DNA of 8,429 nucleotides from an uncultured Bacilli bacterium (lineage in GTDB: Bacteria > Bacillota_I > Bacilli_A > RF39 > UBA660): contig CARZYU010000045.1 in NCBI GenBank assembly GCA_949113215.1, forward strand, positions 1 to 8,429, in the 5' to 3' direction. Both the position numbers and the translations under genes were made by a program. Each line of letters opens with the position of its first letter. Positions within the stretch are counted from its first letter, which is position 1. Below are positions 5,155 to 8,429 of this stretch, piece by piece. The notes beneath the pieces were generated by a model. That model was not told the DNA's origin. It saw only the letters and a program-made list of their open reading frames with translations, and made no database searches.

Positions 5155-5994
5155 TTAGAGAGAAATGTTTAGTTTTCGATTGATTGTCACGCATATCTTT
5201 CGAATGAGCCCATTTCCATATTTGTTTTTAAATTGATCTGTTTCAAATATTTTCTTAAATTCTTCAAAACTTCTAGAAGCAGGAATTCTTGGGATTTTAT
5301 AATTATCAACACCTTTGGTGGCAAATTCTTCTTCTCCGGCAAAGGCAAGCTTATAGTTTTCTTCTTTCAAACTCTTAATAAAGTCTTCTGTATAAGTGTA
5401 ATAAGGATAAGCCAAATATTCTGCGGGAAAGAGCGCTTGGAACTTTTTAGTGTCTTCCCTTAGTTCTTGATACGTTTTCTTTTTGATAATAGGAGTTCCA
5501 TCTTCTGCTTGACGATGTAATCCATAAGTGTGGGAACCAAATGTAATTTGACCATCGTGATTTTTGATATCATTTAAGCCGATGAAATCAGTTCCTTCGC
5601 TTGAAGTTTCTCCAGTAAACTCTCCAACAACAAAAGAAGTAGCTTTGAAGTGGTACTTGTCTAAGACAGGTTTTGCATATTTAAGGAAAGAATAGTATCC
5701 ATCATCAAATGTAATCATAAAAGATTTTTCTGGTATCTTCTGATTCTTTTCTTTCCAATTGTAATATTCTTCGGGAGAAATACTAACGTATCCTTTTTCT
5801 TTTAAATAATTTAGCTGTCTTTCAAACTCTTCTACGGTCAACGCATCAACATCCTTTTCTTCCTCTGTTAAGACAATGCGGTGATAAGCAAGAACTGGGA
5901 ATTGTTGTTGATGTTTGTGATATTCTTTCCATAATAGAAAGGCAATGAAGAAGCTTAAGATCGCTAATGATAAATAGATTAATTTCTTTTTCAT
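5155..5994 (-). CDS. Membrane-anchored polysaccharide deacetylase (CE4 / NodB-homology, PgaB/IcaB-like)
   Basis: The translation shows an N-terminal hydrophobic anchor (KKKLIYLSLAILSFFIAFLLW), then LAYHRI, the TFDDG motif (ITFDDGYYSF) and the His motif GSHTYGLH. The track ORF begins at a TTG (6000). I prefer the ATG at 5994 (third codon), which lies 8 nt downstream of an AAGGA RBS on the minus strand. Confidence 0.85.
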   Translation of the reverse strand: MKKKLIYLSLAILSFFIAFLLWKEYHKHQQQFPVLAYHRIVLTEEEKDVDALTVEEFERQLNYLKEKGYVSISPEEYYNWKEKNQKIPEKSFMITFDDGYYSFLKYAKPVLDKYHFKATSFVVGEFTGETSSEGTDFIGLNDIKNHDGQITFGSHTYGLHRQAEDGTPIIKKKTYQELREDTKKFQALFPAEYLAYPYYTYTEDFIKSLKEENYKLAFAGEEEFATKGVDNYKIPRIPASRSFEEFKKIFETDQFKNKYGNGLIRKICVTINRKLNISL

Positions 5995-6133
5995 GATCAA
6001 GTTCCTTTCACTATTTGCATTGTACTATAAAAGAAGTTATTTTGCTACTAATAAAGGAGAATGTAAGAGTTTTAGTTTGGGATATCCTGCTCTGTTGATA
6101 GTTGTCTCTTCTTGTAATAATTTAATTCTATTG

Positions 6134-6943
6134 TCATGCTCGATTATTTTTCAAATATTTATTATCGCTTTCTGATAATATCTTCATTTGAGAAATGGCA
6201 ATTTTATTTAATCTATCAAGTCTATTTGATTGATTTAATCCATCGTTTATAAATACTGCATTTAAATTTTCTAAATTTGCTAAACATATTAGCTCATCAA
6301 TAGAAGCATAATCTCTTATATTTCCACTTTTATCTTTATTTTTCTCTCTCCAACTTTTTGCAGTCAGACCAAATAAAGCCATATTTAGAACATCTGCTTC
6401 TTCAGCATAAATATAATTTATTTCTTCTTTTGTTAATTCTTTAGGTATTAAATTATCCTTAATAGCGCTAGTATGAATTTTGTAATTGATTTTAGATAAT
6501 TCTCTTTTAACATTCCATCCCATTTGCCTTTGTTCTTCAGTCTTTAATCTTTCAAATTCTTTTATTAATAGTAATTTGAACTTGGGACTAATCCACATGC
6601 CAAATTCAAATGCTATATCCTTATGAGCGTACGTTCCCCCATATCTTCCTGCTTTTGATACAATACCAATAGCATTTGTTTTACGAGCCCATTCTTTAAC
6701 GCTAATTTTATAACGGTTAAGACCTGCTTGACTTTTAATTATGGCGAATTCGCCATAATTAAAATTAGGATTGTGAAGTTCTTCCCAAATACCCAAAAAT
6801 TCAATTGTATTTCTATTCCTTAACCAATCAGATACAAAAAATTCACCATCTTTTGACTTAAGCATATCCGTAATAGAAATATAATCTTCATCATTTATTT
6901 TTGTATAATTAATTATTTGATTATCAACATTTAATTCCAACAT
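6134..6943 (-). CDS. KilA-N domain-containing protein (phage/accessory-type DNA-binding domain) with a helical C-terminal half
   Basis: 269-aa ORF with an AAGGAG RBS (complement of 6951-6956). The N-terminal half has the KilA-N-like pattern ...ISITDM...WLRNRNTIEFLGIWE...GRYGGTYAHKDIAFEFGMWISPKFKLLLIKEF... It is markedly more AT-rich than its neighbours. Confidence 0.75.
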   Translation of the reverse strand: MLELNVDNQIINYTKINDEDYISITDMLKSKDGEFFVSDWLRNRNTIEFLGIWEELHNPNFNYGEFAIIKSQAGLNRYKISVKEWARKTNAIGIVSKAGRYGGTYAHKDIAFEFGMWISPKFKLLLIKEFERLKTEEQRQMGWNVKRELSKINYKIHTSAIKDNLIPKELTKEEINYIYAEEADVLNMALFGLTAKSWREKNKDKSGNIRDYASIDELICLANLENLNAVFINDGLNQSNRLDRLNKIAISQMKILSESDNKYLKNNRA

Positions 6944-7171
6944 AAATCTAATCTCCTTTCCATTTTTGCAGACATATCTGCAAAATATAATTCACTAATA
7001 ATGGAAAACCATTATCTTGTCATTTTCCATTGTCAATGGATCGCTTGTTTTCGTATTTTCTTTATTGATATCCGAACCTCCATTTTTTGTGCTGCTCACT
7101 TTTATTATTCGCAAACGGGTTGTATTTGGAAAACTTTCTTATAAAAATATGTTCTTTTTTCTAAAAAAGCC

Positions 7172-7201
7172 TTGCATTACATAGAATGTCTATGATAAAA
7201 T
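7172..7201 (+). promoter_or_regulatory. Sigma-70/SigA-type promoter for the S10 operon
   Basis: -35 TTGCAT (7172-7177), an 18-nt spacer, and an extended -10 TGaTAAAAT (7193-7201). An A/T-rich UP-like tract lies upstream (7141-7170). It is ~125 nt upstream of rpsJ. Confidence 0.5.
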
Positions 7202-7204
7202 GAT

Positions 7205-7320
7205 CCATGTGTGGCTGCTTAGATGTGGGAGGTTGCCGATACACTAGGACGAGTTGTCATAATCGTATCGGGTTATTCACACGGAGCAAGTCTATACTAG
7301 ATATAGGCGAAGGGAGGATA
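7205..7320 (+). promoter_or_regulatory. Structured 5' leader of the S10 operon (possible ribosomal-protein autoregulatory leader)
   Basis: Nested complementary segments: GTGTG (7209-7213) with CACAC (7278-7282), and CCGATAC (7236-7242) with GTATCGG (7265-7271). It is relatively GC-rich compared with its surroundings. The GGGAGG RBS follows at ~7313-7318. Confidence 0.35.
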
Positions 7321-7325
7321 AAAAT

Positions 7326-7634
7326 ATGTCAAAAGAAAAAGTTCGTATCAGATTAAAAGCGTACGATCACAGAGTTCTTGACAACGCCGCAACAAAAATT
7401 GTGGAAACAATTAAAAGATCAGGAGGAGAAATTTCTGGACCAGTTCCACTTCCAACCGAAGTTGAGAAGTTCACGATCTTAAGAGCGGTTCACAAGTACA
7501 AAGATTCACGTGAACAATTTGAAAGACGTACACACAAGAGATTGATTGACATTAAAAATCCAAGCAAGGAAACCATTGATGCTTTAGCACATCTTGATTT
7601 ACCAAGCGGAGTAAACATCGAAATCAAATTATAA
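7326..7634 (+). CDS. rpsJ: 30S ribosomal protein S10
   Basis: 102-aa translation [19 protein letters not shown]...GPVPLPTE...[15 protein letters not shown]... is unmistakably S10. It has a strong RBS and is followed by rplC, as in the conserved S10 operon. Confidence 0.97.
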   Translation: MSKEKVRIRLKAYDHRVLDNAATKIVETIKRSGGEISGPVPLPTEVEKFTILRAVHKYKDSREQFERRTHKRLIDIKNPSKETIDALAHLDLPSGVNIEIKL

Positions 7635-7658
7635 AAGATATTTTAGGAGGAAAAGAAA

Positions 7659-8429
7659 ATGAAAGGAATCTTAGGAAAAAAGATTGGCATGACTCAAGTC
7701 TTTGCTACAAACGGTAAATTGACTCCTGTTACAGTCATCGAAGTAGAACCAAATGTCGTAACCCAAATCAAAACTGTAGAAAAAGACGGATACGATGCCA
7801 TCCAATTAGGTTATGAAACCGTAAGAGAACATGTTAGCAACAAACCAAAAATGGGTCATACCAAAAAAGCAGGTACTGCACCTAAGCGCTTCTTGAGAGA
7901 AATAAGAGGAGTTAACGTAGCAGATTACACGTTGGGACAAAACGTAACAGCATCTATTTTTGAAGTAGGAGAAATGGTGGATGTTACTGGTACCAGCAAA
8001 GGAAAAGGATACCAAGGTGTCATCAAACGTTACAACCAAACGAGAGGTCCTATGGGACATGGTTCACAATACCATAGAGGAGTAGGTTCTCTTGGTACGA
8101 TGTTACCAATGCACGTATTAAAAGGTAAAAAGTTACCAGGACATATGGGTAATGTCACAAGAACCGTACAAAATTTGGAAGTCGTTGCCATTGACGAAGA
8201 GAATCATTGTTTATTAATCAAAGGAAACGTTCCAGGACCAAAGAATTCGTTGGTAATGATTCGTACTGCAGTCAAAAATCCAGGAAAGGTCAATCCACAA
8301 GAAGAATTGATTACTTATGTAGAAGAAGTTCAAGAAGAAGTAGTGGAAACACCGATCGAAGAAACCGTGGTTGAAGAGACTGTAGAAGAAACTCCTGTGG
8401 AAACAGTAGAAACGACGGAAGAAGTCGTA
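7659..8429 (+). CDS. rplC: 50S ribosomal protein L3 (3' end beyond the window), with an acidic repetitive C-terminal extension
   Basis: It is absent from the ORF track because it has no stop in the window. AGGAGG lies at 7645-7650 and the ATG at 7659. My translation is [34 protein letters not shown]...[36 protein letters not shown]...[21 protein letters not shown], a canonical L3. It stays open for 257 codons to the window end. Confidence 0.95.
   Translation, partial: MKGILGKKIGMTQVFATNGKLTPVTVIEVEPNVVTQIKTVEKDGYDAIQLGYETVREHVSNKPKMGHTKKAGTAPKRFLREIRGVNVADYTLGQNVTASIFEVGEMVDVTGTSKGKGYQGVIKRYNQTRGPMGHGSQYHRGVGSLGTMLPMHVLKGKKLPGHMGNVTRTVQNLEVVAIDEENHCLLIKGNVPGPKNSLVMIRTAVKNPGKVNPQEELITYVEEVQEEVVETPIEETVVEETVEETPVETVETTEEVV

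Noticed and set aside
5233-6175. Plus-strand small ORFs 5233-5463 and 5993-6175
   Set aside because: The first is antisense to the deacetylase CDS. The second spans the AT-rich intergenic or promoter region and the tail of the KilA-N gene. Both have hydrophobic low-complexity translations typical of AT-rich noise.
7806-8060. 84-aa minus-strand ORF
   Set aside because: It lies antisense within rplC, whose plus-strand translation is a canonical L3.
1-8429. CRISPR arrays, tRNA/rRNA genes, transposase or integrase genes, long terminal or inverted repeats bounding an island
   Set aside because: Reading both strands, I found no regularly spaced direct repeats, no cloverleaf-like or rRNA-like segments, and no recombinase-like ORFs. 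The only long repeat pair is the TR/VR.

Overview
AT-rich chromosomal window, probably from a low-GC Bacillota or Mycoplasmatota-like organism. It uses the standard code: TGA ends the 654-aa ORF and Trp is TGG. The left 5.1 kb is one tightly packed plus-strand operon that I read as a diversity-generating retroelement (DGR) with an unusual target. Its order is a non-coding template repeat (TR, 44-121), a ~220-nt structured spacer, a DGR-type reverse transcriptase (343-1371), and a 654-aa target whose codons 83-109 carry the variable repeat (VR, 1625-1702). TR and VR align without gaps over 78 nt with 17 differences. Sixteen of these fall at TR adenines, and the TR reads seven AAY codons in the VR frame. 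The target does not look like a surface receptor. Its diversified domain is N-terminal, has no signal peptide, and is fused to a MoxR/AAA_5-like AAA+ ATPase. It is translationally coupled to a 133-aa degenerate AAA+ paralog lacking Walker A and B (3339-3740) and to a 457-aa protein with an HExxH metallopeptidase-like domain, an acidic disordered linker and a VWA domain (3746-5119). My inference is a DGR-hypervariable cytoplasmic sensor wired to a MoxR-VWA module, that is, a candidate conflict/defence system. No Avd gene is visible, though one could lie upstream of the window edge. A perfect palindromic bidirectional terminator (5118-5151) closes the operon. Downstream are a convergent membrane-anchored CE4 polysaccharide deacetylase (minus), a very AT-rich KilA-N domain gene (minus), and the start of the S10 ribosomal operon. 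That operon start comprises a promoter, a structured leader, rpsJ, and rplC, which runs off the window and carries an acidic repetitive C-terminal extension. I saw no tRNA, rRNA, CRISPR array or transposase.
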